Source: Setoptus koraiensis (lineage: Eukaryota; Animalia; Arthropoda). From it: a DNA stretch of 64,000 bases. The stretch spans positions 9,300,001-9,364,000 of the forward strand of contig CM106585.1 of assembly GCA_048013815.1 (NCBI GenBank), given 5' to 3'. Below the pieces are notes generated by a model that worked only from the letters and a program-made list of their open reading frames with translations, had not been told where the DNA came from and did no database searches. Positions 39,401 to 51,054 of this stretch are shown here, in pieces. How positions within the stretch are numbered: the stretch's first letter is position 1; every line of letters starts with the position of its first letter. Made by a program: the position numbers and the translations under genes.

Positions 39401-41389
39401 CTTTTTCATCATTTCGAAAGACAACAGCAACACAACCACATGATTTGAGACGTTCTCCGATGAAAACTGTGCCAAAGTTGAGGCGGGCGGGGCAGGATAA
39501 TATGAGATGAGAAGAGCGGTACCACTAATAATTATAGTTGACAAGATAATAGCTGCTAATAGCTGGCATATGGTTTTTAGATTTAGTAGTAATGGTAGTA
39601 GTGGTAATGGTGGTAGTTGTTTTAGTTCTATAATAGTTTAACATGTAACAACAACAACAGCAAGATTGCGCGCGTCAAACACATGTTGAAGGGCATTATT
39701 ATATTATTTGTGCATGTAGAGTGGGACTATCTCTGTCTCTGACCCCACTTCCTATCTTCGAGTTATAACATGATAAAAAATCATGTCTGAGGTTCAGCTT
39801 TTCTCTAAATAGCTCTCTAAATAATATATATATTTATATATAGGCTGCCTGAATGAATGAATGAACACGCTCGGGAACATTTAATACATCACAGCGTATT
39901 GTCCTATATCCCACTGTCGTTGCTTTTTTTTTATAAATGCTCCGATAAGTTATGAGTGTGGACATCACTAGATCGTGTATGCGTTAAAAGAGGCCACGAC
40001 GATAAACGTTTCGATTGGTTGGCTAGATTACATAGTGCCAGCATATATTCTAATAAATAAAAATCAGTTTAGACAACAAACTAACCAATGAGAAGCGGCA
40101 CATCCAGCCATTAAACAAAACAAGACATCGATATCATGTATCTAACACACTCACACAATGTAACATCTCGGACGTGGTTTGTCATGTTGTTATGTAGTCT
40201 TGTCTAATTTGATCTAGTCGTCATGTTGCTGTGTTTGTGTGATGTTTATCATGAATTTATTGTTGCTGATGTTGTTTGCCGTGGTGTGTTAATTCAATGA
40301 TTTCTCTATTTAGACATATAATGGTGGCATTAATTCATCAAACAGTTCAGAACAGTTGAGATCACGCTCAGAGAAACCACAAACGTTCTAATTTGTGTTT
40401 ATGTGGCTCGCTTGCAATGCTGTTAGAATGATTCGATCGATTTTCATCTATCTATTATGCCCTCAATCTTGATATATGTCTATCAATACACAAACTTAGA
40501 TAGATGTGTAAAGCTAACCAACGATCTTCTTCCTTTTGCATGATTTCTAGCTGCATAGATCCCATGTAATGATTATGTAATTCCATAGTGTGTGATTATA
40601 GCACGCACATAACGATAAATTTCAGGCGGACCAATCGAATGGTTCTCTACTTGAATCACAAATTTTGTTGGCTGTTCCTTCGTTCTATGCCCTACATATG
40701 GAGGAGTAGCCGTATTCAAGCAGTTGCGGCGGTTGTAGTGGTAATTTGAATTGAATTGTATCTCACAGCAATTTCTGAGGCATTGCTTTTTCTTCTTCTT
40801 ATTATTGTTATCATTGTGTATAACCATGAAGCATGCTCAACAACAACCGCTTGATGGAATTATAAGATTATTATCGGAAACCAATCGATCCAATCTACTA
40901 ACCAGATAATCATATGGTGTCCATCTAAATCAGGTCCACTTCTCACACAATTGATCGCAATAGATAAAAAACCTCTTGACTGTTCTGTTCAAATGTGCAC
41001 CAATTATCGGCTAATTTCCACAGAGTCTTACTTAGTTGTTGGCTGGCTGGTGTTTGCTGGTCATCTTCTTGATGAGCACACCATACGCATGGATTAAATC
41101 CCTGAATGTGCATGCCTGGATCACGATCGCAATTATATAATCGCGCATTGTCTGATGGTAGTGGCTGCTAGATGAATACTAACAACAACATACTCTATAC
41201 TCAAGATGAATGCGATGCTCTTCATCCGTTCGTTTACCGACTTAATCTAATCAAATCATTTTCAACTTCACATACGCATCGACAGCGACACACTGCTCAA
41301 AAGAGCTTCATTGTCGCTTAATAGACGCAATATAAATTAGTAACTTATGGACATCATTAGTGATGATTTAATCAGCACTAACATGGAGA

Positions 41390-41393
<4 letters not shown>

Positions 41394-41427
<34 letters not shown>
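41394..41427. repeat. (CT)n microsatellite, representative of many CA/TG, CT/GA and CAA/TTG tracts across the window
   Basis: Uninterrupted CT run. Other examples are TG at about 1499-1526 and 1587-1611 and CA at about 2392-2424 and 2880-2917. Confidence 0.9.
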
Positions 41428-41428
<1 letters not shown>

Positions 41429-43733
41429 AACTCATTGCCGTTTGTTTGAGTCGCTGTAGATTGTACAATAACCCATTACTGTAATATTAAATATAAATAT
41501 ATATATGGGCTTTCTGTAACAGTAACAGATGAAGAATACTTCTTCGAAGATGATCTCTCTAACTAGAACTAGAATATTCTTTGCTGATCTTGATTTAGTT
41601 TCGCAATAACAATGGCAATCATTTCCTGCTGGGCTGCTAATGTTACATTAAGATCATTAATAGTTACACATTGAGTTGCGACTCCAGAGAAGATTCCAAT
41701 CCCATGCTTGCTCTGTTGTTAATATATTGTTAACGTTGTTGAACGCAATTCCATTTATTGTTGCCACTGTTATTTTTCGTTTCGACAGTTGCCAATTGCA
41801 AACGAGAACTGGTGAGAAGAGAGATAATTTTAAAGCACTATCACAGAGTGTTAGAGTCCTTGATCGCTTCCACTGATCACGTACCCCATTCTCATGTCAT
41901 TCGTTAAATGGTCAAAACAACATCCAGAACCATGAACAAGAGACTCATCAATTAGCCACAGGAGGCAATCCCATCCAGTTCTATCTTCTTTTGTTGTGCT
42001 TCCTTTAAATTTGTCGTGAGTTTGTGTTGTTCACTGTTGTGCTGTGATCTATTGTGTACGTTATCAGTAACTAGTTAGAGAAGGGATTGAGCAGCCAACG
42101 AAATCTCTCTCATTTGTCTCTTTGCACCTATTTACTACTCTCTGCCTCAATTTGATGATGATAAACAACACGAACGAAACACAAGAGTAGAAGCAGAGAG
42201 TTTTATCAATTTTATAAGATCTTCCTCTCTTAATACTCTCACTCCTCCAACCAGACAATGTTCTGAATTATTGTTTATTGTTACTGGCATTGCCTATTAG
42301 TTGGCATCACGTAGGGTCCAATAATTCAACTTGACTTTAATATTACTTGCCTCACTTTAGACGGCGTTCGTGTCCAGTATGTTAGCACATAAAAGTAGTA
42401 GTTGTCGTAGTAGTGCACGGACACAATGATAACATGATTCTGTTACGTAACTTATGTTGTAGCTAACCAATGTGTGATCGTGTTGCATTTTGTTTGTGCT
42501 CACGTTCTTGTTACTATTACTATAAATGTAATTGATCACGTCTCCAACGTCGCCATAATGACCGGCTTTATCTTTATCTATGGAGGTAGTTCAATTTGTT
42601 AGCAACAAAACAATCCTATTATTGTTGTTGTTGTTGTTTTTGGCATCATTAGAAGTCATCATATCGATAATAAAATCTCTATTATATAGTAATAGTAATG
42701 TCCTAGTTATAGATTTGATTCTTGCCTTGCCTTCACTTTCTATTTTTTTTTCTATACCAACAATCTAACGTTGTCACATAGCTGCAACTGCTGGTTCTGT
42801 AGTTTTCATATAGAGCCCGCTCTAAGCCTCTCTCATGATTCCATCTAGTCACAATGATTATTAGCTTGATTGCCAGAATTCTTTGCTTTTCTGCCGCTGC
42901 TGTTACCACCGCTCATTTCACCACTGGCCATCTACCGAAGCTCCAGACATAATCCGTTTGACGTTAACGAGATAAGATCACAGCCCACATTGCTATCGGT
43001 ATATTAACTATGTCCTCTTTTCTTCTCTATATCATCATGTAGTTGTAATTGTGTTGCGCTCGTTGACTATGATTTATATCTCTCTATATTGAATCCCATG
43101 GTCATACTACCATATTAATCACAGAAGTAGTAGCACAACAACAATGGAAACAAAATGCAATACACACCACTAATAGTGAGATAGCGGAACAGTATCAGAT
43201 TGAACGCAAATGGAATATATTGCCTCTGTCCCTTTCGCAAACTCTGTGTATTGAACATATAAATGCGACGCAAGCCCCACAACAATATTGTCGTCACATT
43301 TAGTGTTGAAGTTTGACTGCTGTTGTACCCTCTATAGTGGTTGTTATAATAGCAAAACATCTTCGCTGTGCCTCTATCTGTTTTGACCATCTCGCTGAGC
43401 GTTGCTGATACAGTTGGCTAAGCTTATATATATCCTATAATGTTATTATTCAGCCGTTACATAGGCGCAATAGAAAAATGTACCAACGGTTATCTCGCTC
43501 TTGAGCCAGAGAGAGGTAGAGGAAAAGATCATTCAATCCTGTTGTGGATCCGAGGCTTAAGGCTCTTATATGACGCTGAATTATGTGCGAATTTCGTTCC
43601 GTTGTTCCTTCTTTCGGCCTCATCTATTAGTGTCCACCATCTATTAGTCAACACTCTAGCATGATAAGGAAGAAGTCTAGTTAACTTTAAATGACATCAG
43701 GTGGCTCCACCAATCCTGTGCACGCATTCACAT

Positions 43734-46568
43734 TCAGCCAAATGAGCTATGATTTTGCTGATACAATGCAAATAACGATAACATTTTATTGTGCATCCCA
43801 AGCGAATTAGAATGCATCATTGTGTTGGTACTATTGTTGGCACCTGTACTGTTATTTGTCTGATTAATAGTTTGCGGAGGTGACGACGATTCCAACAGTG
43901 GCAGGAATGTGTGCCTTCCATTTGAGTTCATTAATGAGTTGACTGATTTGATTGGGGATGAGCTACCGCTACAATTGATCGCTATTTGGTTTGTTGCGGA
44001 TTTACAACTACTTATACCACTGTTCATGATTAATGGTGATCCTCCATTCATTAGTGCTGGCGCCTGACCACAAGAGGCATTATTTGTGACCATGCTCATC
44101 AATGGTGATGATGAGATGTTACCCATGTGGGATATTTTGTGCTGAGAGGATAACGATGCTCTAGATGGGGACGATGAGCTCGATGGTGATAGGCTGAAAG
44201 GCGAACGTGAATTATTGTTTGGCGATGGCAAAGACGAATGTGCTGAAGAGGCTGAGGAAGCTCTTGGAGAATTCAAACGATTATTATTGTTATGTTGATC
44301 CTGATTATTATGATTAGTCGAAATTTTTATCTGATTCTTGCTATTTGCATTGTTGCCTTGGTGCTGCTGTTGGCCAATGGATAAGAGATTCTCAATTGAA
44401 AATGAAGATTTCCCAGAACTACCAATACTATGCTGATGATTATTGCTGTTGGCAGGTGAGGAAGAAGTTGAACCAACCAACGGAAATGTCATCCCATTAG
44501 GTGGTGAAATTTGCCTTTTGTTATTATTATTATTACTGTTATTATTTTTATTATTACTAGGCGCAGTTAAACTATCAATCGATGATGCAGATGATGATGA
44601 TGTATGATGATTCATGGTGTTGAATAATGGAAACGGAAACGCCGAATCAAGCTTGTTATTGCTAGTAATGTTGTATTGCTGTGGATTGATGGGACTAGCC
44701 ATTCCATTATTTATTGTATGACTGTTATTATTGTTAAAGCTGTTCTTACCAATATTATTCAGCTGAGCTTGATGTTGCGCTGCGGCCAAATTAGCTAGAA
44801 GCTGGTGATTGGCGAGATCTAAATATGATTGGTAGAGGGGATTCGATTGGGCAGCCGCTGCTGCTGCTGCTATAGCTAAAGGATTATTAGAATTACCTAA
44901 CGGGTGTCTACTTTGTTGTTGCTGTTGCTGTTGTTGTTGCTGATGATTAGCTTGACCATTGCCGTTGTTGCCGCTCGCCAAGGCAGCCGCTGCCGCAGCA
45001 GCCAGATTGAATCTAAACTGCTGTTGAGCTTGCATAAAAAGAGCCGAGGCTGCAGAGGGTGAGTGCTGCTGCGAATTGTTCATATTTTGTGGTATTCTAA
45101 TATGCGAATCCTGATGAATATGCTGCTGTTGAGCTAATGAATCACTAATTGCAGCCGAAATGGCCGCCTTAGATGAACATTCGAAGTCATTAAGCATGGA
45201 TACTGGCAATGCCGAATTGGATGATCTGCCAAGTGAGTTAGAGATTGCTCCAGGTTGGCTCAATGCTAGCCGGTTTACCATGAGATGGTTTGTTGATTCT
45301 TCTGACAACGAATTATTGTTACTAGTACCCTTTGGTAGTGTTGATGATGGTGAATTGGAAGAATTTGATAGATTCAATCTATTTATTTCGTTGCTACTAT
45401 TATGATTGTTGTTGTTATTATTGCTATGAGAATCACTATTAGTGTTAATTGCTGACAAATATTGCTGTTGAGAGTGTGACTTTCTTTTATAAGTCTTTTT
45501 CTTCTTTCTCTTATCGGTATCTTCTTGATGGTGATGGTGGAGCATTTGGTGGTCTTCATTAATTTGAGAGCTGTTTATTTGAGACAAACTTTCATTTTTC
45601 GCAGCCCTGCTGTGCTTACTTGATTGCTGTTTTTTATTGGCTATTGTCTGGACATGGCCAGTAGATATACTGTTATTGAATGTCATGGAAACTTTTTGCT
45701 GCTGATTATTGCCATCTGTTAGTAAGCTATGCTGATTGTTGTTACTATTGAGATGATGTGAGTTTGTTAATGAGGTAGCTGATAAAATTGCAGCTTTTGG
45801 TAGATTATCATTATTGTTATTCATGATAGAATGCTGTGGATGTTGCTGATTGTTGTTGTAGGATAAATTATTTGTCCACTGCTTAGATGATTGATCATTA
45901 ACAATTCTATGATCTGATGTTACATCATCATGATTATCAAGATCAATTTCAATGTCGGCCATATTGTCATTGATACTCTCACTTTTGCTTAGATCAGATT
46001 CGTGATCTAAATCGTCATCATTATCATTGTAGCTAGTTGATGATGTAACTAATTGATGACGATTATTATTACTACTATTGTTGTTGTTGCTGCTGTTGTT
46101 ATTATGTTGTAAATCATATCTTCTTTGTTGCTGTTGTTGTTGTCTCTGTTGTGCTCTGTTTGCCTGCGCCGAAGCCAACAAGGCCGTATGATCTAATTGC
46201 ATGACGGGATCTAAATTGATAGTTTCCGTCAAAATGGAGCACGTTTCATGGCCCAAAAGATCTAGACTTGATTTATACGGGTTCAATGTTCTCAATTCAA
46301 TGATGGTGTTTTGTATTTGATCCGACAATGTTTGCGTTTGCACCAAATTAGTGGGCTTTGATTTGGCCGCAGCCAATCGTTTCACCTGCCTCTCCAATTG
46401 TTTTCTCAATTTTTTCTCTCTTCTCTCAGCCTCACGTTTCAGTATTTCATCTTGCGACAGGGGATCGCCGCTGCAAGTTTGCGGATGGGCATTGTGGGCC
46501 GGTCGTCCGGGTCCCTTTTTGGTGTTCTCCTTCTTTCTCCATTTGGCACGTCTGTTTTGGAACCAGAC
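43734..46568 (-). CDS. unc-4: unc-4 / UNCX paired-like homeobox gene, coding exon 2 (homeodomain helix 3 plus 900+ aa low-complexity C-terminus)
   Basis: After the acceptor ATAACAG (46569) it reads VWFQNRRAKWRKKENTKKGPGRPAHNAHPQTCSGDPLSQDEILKREAERREKKLRKQLE, the Unc-4-specific post-homeodomain signature. It continues in frame into ORF 43734-46409, which contains an eh1-like FSIENLL motif. Confidence 0.95.
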   Translation of the reverse strand, partial: VWFQNRRAKWRKKENTKKGPGRPAHNAHPQTCSGDPLSQDEILKREAERREKKLRKQLERQVKRLAAAKSKPTNLVQTQTLSDQIQNTIIELRTLNPYKSSLDLLGHETCSILTETINLDPVMQLDHTALLASAQANRAQQRQQQQQQRRYDLQHNNNSSNNNNSSNNNRHQLVTSSTSYNDNDDDLDHESDLSKSESINDNMADIEIDLDNHDDVTSDHRIVNDQSSKQWTNNLSYNNNQQHPQHSIMNNNNDNLPKAAILSATSLTNSHHLNSNNNQHSLLTDGNNQQQKVSMTFNNSISTGHVQTIANKKQQSSKHSRAAKNESLSQINSSQINEDHQMLHHHHQEDTDKRKKKKTYKRKSHSQQQYLSAINTNSDSHSNNNNNNHNSSNEINRLNLSNSSNSPSSTLPKGTSNNNSLSEESTNHLMVNRLALSQPGAISNSLGRSSNSALPVSMLNDFECSSKAAISAAISDSLAQQQHIHQDSHIRIPQNMNNSQQHSPSAASALFMQAQQQFRFNLAAAAAAALASGNNGNGQANHQQQQQQQQQQSRHPLGNSNNPLAIAAAAAAAQSNPLYQSYLDLANHQLLANLAAAQHQAQLNNIGKNSFNNNNSHTINNGMASPINPQQYNITSNNKLDSAFPFPLFNTMNHHTSSSSASSIDSLTAPSNNKNNNSNNNNNKRQISPPNGMTFPLVGSTSSSPANSNNHQHSIGSSGKSSFSIENLLSIGQQQHQGNNANSKNQIKISTNHNNQDQHNNNNRLNSPRASSASSAHSSLPSPNNNSRSPFSLSPSSSSSPSRASLSSQHKISHMGNISSSPLMSMVTNNASCGQAPALMNGGSPLIMNSGISSCKSATNQIAINCSGSSSPIKSVNSLMNSNGRHTFLPLLESSSPPQTINQTNNSTGANNSTNTMMHSNSLGMHNKMLSLFALYQQNHSSFG

Positions 46569-49500
46569 CTGTTATAATGAGCGATAATTGATTGGTAATC
46601 AGCAATGATATTAGTATTAGTTAGTTGTTATTGTCGCATTAAATGCGTTATCGTCGTTACATTGGTTGCTAATTGTTATTATTGTTATTTCATTAGGATG
46701 AAATTAATTGATTGTACATTCTTGCAAATAATAATAGCGTGACAACAGCCTATTGTGGCCAGGCCACATTGACAGAGCCACGAGAGCGCCATTTTGTGGC
46801 CGACTGCCTATACTGGCCACACCGCCTATATGGTGGCCACCTAGAAATCCACCCCTTTCCTGGGCGGCCATGTTGCCGTGTGCTTGGCACGCTGCTGCAT
46901 CAAGTGTTGGGGTTTTTCGCCAAAACGGAAGTGAGTTTTGGGGAAAATGCTGCAATGGTAGCTTTGCACTTGCAGTTAGAATTGCCAGCTATAGAGCAAG
47001 CGTTTCTGGGGCATTTCTAGCGATGCCGAGCAGCTGGGGCGGGCCCATTGGGACGATCGCAAGCAGCGAACGGCGAATAATGCAGGGCACTGGCAAACGA
47101 TTGGCGGCCATTGGGCGCAGCAACAACCCCGAGTCGCGCGACAATCGGTGCATCTGTGCACAACTATTGTTGTGCATAACTACTTGTGACGGACAAGTAT
47201 GATAAAATACCGGTAAATGAAGTAAATAAATGACGACAACAATATGCAAATAGAGAGAATAATTAAAATTATCAGGTTAAACTAAAACTGGTAACTGGCC
47301 ACAACGCTGAAGAGCCCCGCATAGAAACAATATACACAATATACTATACACACTGTGGCGGAGGGCAGTAATAGAATGATGATGCTAATGATGGTCCCAC
47401 CGAAGTCAGCTGTTCATGAGGACGATGTGGGCGAACGTGTATGTGTGTGTGTGTGTGTGTGTCAGTGCGTGCAGCGAGTGATATTAATGATAGTCAATTA
47501 GATAAAATGAAATGAACGCCCCAGCCCCGGCCGCGACCATTACACGCGATCTCAGGCCGGCGACTGGCATTGGTTTGCCGGTTTGCATCAGCACTACAAC
47601 TACTACAACTGCAACTACTATTGCAATGGCAGCAACACTTAAAAAATAAACAAACAAACAAACAAACAAACAAAGGCCAGCGCTCGTTGTATGGATGGCT
47701 CGCACCCAGCAGCACACTGTGAATCTATATCATTTATATGTACATAATAATAATAATTATTATTATTTTGCAGTTGTGCTGTTGTTATCAAGTTACAATT
47801 AATTGGTTCTCGGTTAACCTACTCCTCCTTGCCTCGGCTGGCCGCTCGTAGCTGGCCGTCCACGACCTCGTTGTAGCGGTGCCCATGCCCATGCCATTTA
47901 TGCGTCACAACCGGAGCCGCAACTGCAACTACAGCAACCGGCCTACAGCAACCGGCCCACAACAACCGGCCAACAACACGCCAACTGGGATAGGGCGCTC
48001 GGCGTGGTCGTTTCATAAATAATTATTATCAGAATTGATATTGTGTGTTTGTTTTGTCATGATCAGTTGCGCCGTTGCCGTTGTTGCGTTATGATTATTA
48101 TTAGTATCATTATCATTTTGCTAATGAACGGCGTAATTGCCAGCGAGTTGTTGTTGTTGTTGTTATAATTATTATAATTATTAGTATTGGCTGTGTTGTT
48201 GTTTGTTTTATACTTGATATCTGTGTCTCACTCGCCCAAAAGCCAGCAAAGTCTGTGTGTGTGTGTCTCTCATTTGTTTGCTCTTATCTCCGATTGCATC
48301 TCCGAGCCGATGCACTTGATACCATGTTAGTCTGATATTCGCCCTACGATTTGAGCTACAATTGAATGCTAAACTGGTGCTAAAGTGCTACCGCTGTCAT
48401 GATTCGCAACTCATGAGCCCAGCTATCATCGCCGCTGTTGCCCTGGCCAGGGTCGGCGTCATCCGGTTCGATACGTCAAATTGATATTACGTATGTCGTA
48501 TATAACCTGTACTTTCTACTGTAGGTATACACGCCGGCCAGGCTGGCTCTGTTGTGTTTGACGGTCACAAGGCAGTGTGATACTGTCAGTATTGCCGGAA
48601 CAAGTGCGCTCGTTCAGTATGGCCATTGATTGATCTGGTCAATCGGCGACGGCCGGCAATTCGATTTGGATTGTTGCCGTCACAACAATGCCGCCGACAT
48701 TAACAACATTGATATTTTCAATGTATTAATATTATTAATATTGGAGAAATGGAGTGTCTCTCGGGCTGCAATTGGGCCAGGCTGGCAGCGGGCTCAACTT
48801 GAACTTGAATGATTGAATGCTGCGCTAATATTATGCTCATCAAATAACAATTAGGCTCGCAGCAATAGGCGTATTGGCAGCAACATTCAATCGGGCTCTC
48901 TGTTGGCTTTAGCCTCCACGATGATTCCGGCGTATCTCGTCTCGAGACATGGCGGAATGGTCATAACAGCATCACATGTTTGCAATTAGAGGATACAATT
49001 CATCATCATGCGCACTGCAATGGCACTGATGGAAACGATGGGCATTGCGCGCATCACAACCATCACAGGTATAATGGGCATTATGGGCTGCCCCCATAAT
49101 GGCGAGCAACAATTATGATAACAATAATGATCGTTATAGTTGTTATTGTTGTTACTATGAGATAGAGGTTGCTGGCCGGAGCTGGTGAGCATCGCATGAG
49201 CCAGCGATAATAAAGAGATATCAATTTTTTAGCGGCCACTATTCAATTGGCGCGTCCGCTCATCAATCATTATATCAACTGGTGCATGTCATCATTATTG
49301 TTGTGCTGTTTTGATGCGGTGTCATGGCGACGCCAGCATCAGTGATAATGCAGCGATAATGCGGCGCGTAGCATGATGTTTCAATCTGTTCTCTTGGCCG
49401 GCCCGAGCCAGCTCGCAGTCAGTGCAACTGGCCGGCCCAGCAGCGGCCGACACCCGTCGCAGCAACAGCGGCAACCGTCGCAATAGCAGCGGCAACTGCC

Positions 49501-50959
49501 GGCCGTTTGGCCTATATGTCACCCTGCTCATGTCGTCGACAGTGGCACCGGCGTCACAGTCACTGGTGGCCAGTTGGTGTCGTCATTCGCCTGGCCACTG
49601 TTAACGTGATTGTTGGTCGGCCGGCGTGCATGTTGCCAGCGTATTGAATGGCAGCTAATTCAATGATCGACGATGACCATTGTGGCGTGCTTGGCCGGTC
49701 ATCGTCGGGCCAGAGAGCTAACTAGTGTGAACACGATGAACGAGTTTATCGTCGCCGGCGCAATCATTGGGCCGCACCACCTGTCCACCTGTCCGTGCAA
49801 ACGCTTGCCGAACGTTAACTAATCACGGCTCGGCAGCGCGGCTACCGGCTCACCGGCCACAGTGACGTGATTAGGTTAGGCGCTGGGCGGCGATCTCTCA
49901 GGCCCGAAGTGGCCTGTGTGAGTCGCCACTCACCAGTGAGTGACTGGTGAGTGATAAATGCGCATCTAGACACATGCCACTGGCTGACATGCAACATGAT
50001 TGATCATATAGGTGCGTGCCACTGTTCGCAGCCACTCTCATGTCATCATGATCAATCTAATTGACACACTGCAATATCCTGCTCTACACACCCGACACAA
50101 CAGACAACTCAACTCTTATCGGCGCTCCTCGATTCGGCGCTTGTCGAGCGTCGTCTCGCTGACAATCGGCCCACGAGGCTTCCTTGTGCGAACCGGTGCG
50201 CATGGTGTGAGCGGTTCACATGCTGTCTCACTGATAGATTAAGACGCACTAATCTACTAATAGTGTTATCGTTTAATAGTTAAAACGGCCTCGTTAATGG
50301 CTGCTCAAGCTGCCGGCTTGTTTATCAATGGACCTGGTTGCGTCACACACACTCACATGTCGTCTCACAGCCTGTGAGACTCAATGAGATCTCAATGAGA
50401 TATATATATAAACTTATATAACATTATAAGCTTGTGTGTTGCGCACTCACCGTCACTGTGCGGCCATAGGGGACACTAATATCGCCCCAGCAACCTATAA
50501 TTGATTAGCCGATGTTAGAGCGGCCTTTGTTAATCATTCACAGTGTGAGTTAATGAGCCTGCCTGCTTGCACCGCAACATTGCAAATTAAGCGCGCTTGT
50601 TTGTGCTCTCATAATGTCGACACGATGACGACCGATGCCGCCACTCGTATAGGCAACCACTAAATATAGACAATGCGCACAATGGCGGCCCTAATCTGGT
50701 TAGTGGCTGACTGAGTGACGAGGCATTGTGTTTGTTGTGTCGTTGCGTTTCTCAATCAACGCAACCAAGGAAATTGAGTCACTCAATTTGAGTGTGCGCA
50801 TGTGTGCGCACGACACACGACGGCCATTGGTCGATGGCGCACCGGCAGTTACATAAGCACCTGACGACTGTTTAATGTTGGCTGATGTTAATACCGGCCA
50901 GCGATGATGTGGCAGCATAATTAAATTGCGCCGCTTGTGCACTTGTTGTTGCAGCCAAT

Positions 50960-51054
50960 TGGCACAACTGGCGCAACTGGCGCAACTGGCGCAACTGGCG
51001 CAACTGGCGCAACTGGCACAATCGGCGCAACTGACGCAACTGGCACAACTGGCA
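50960..51054. repeat. 9-bp minisatellite (TGGCGCAAC)n in the unc-4 intron
   Basis: About 10 copies, with a perfect central block and degenerate edges. Confidence 0.85.
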
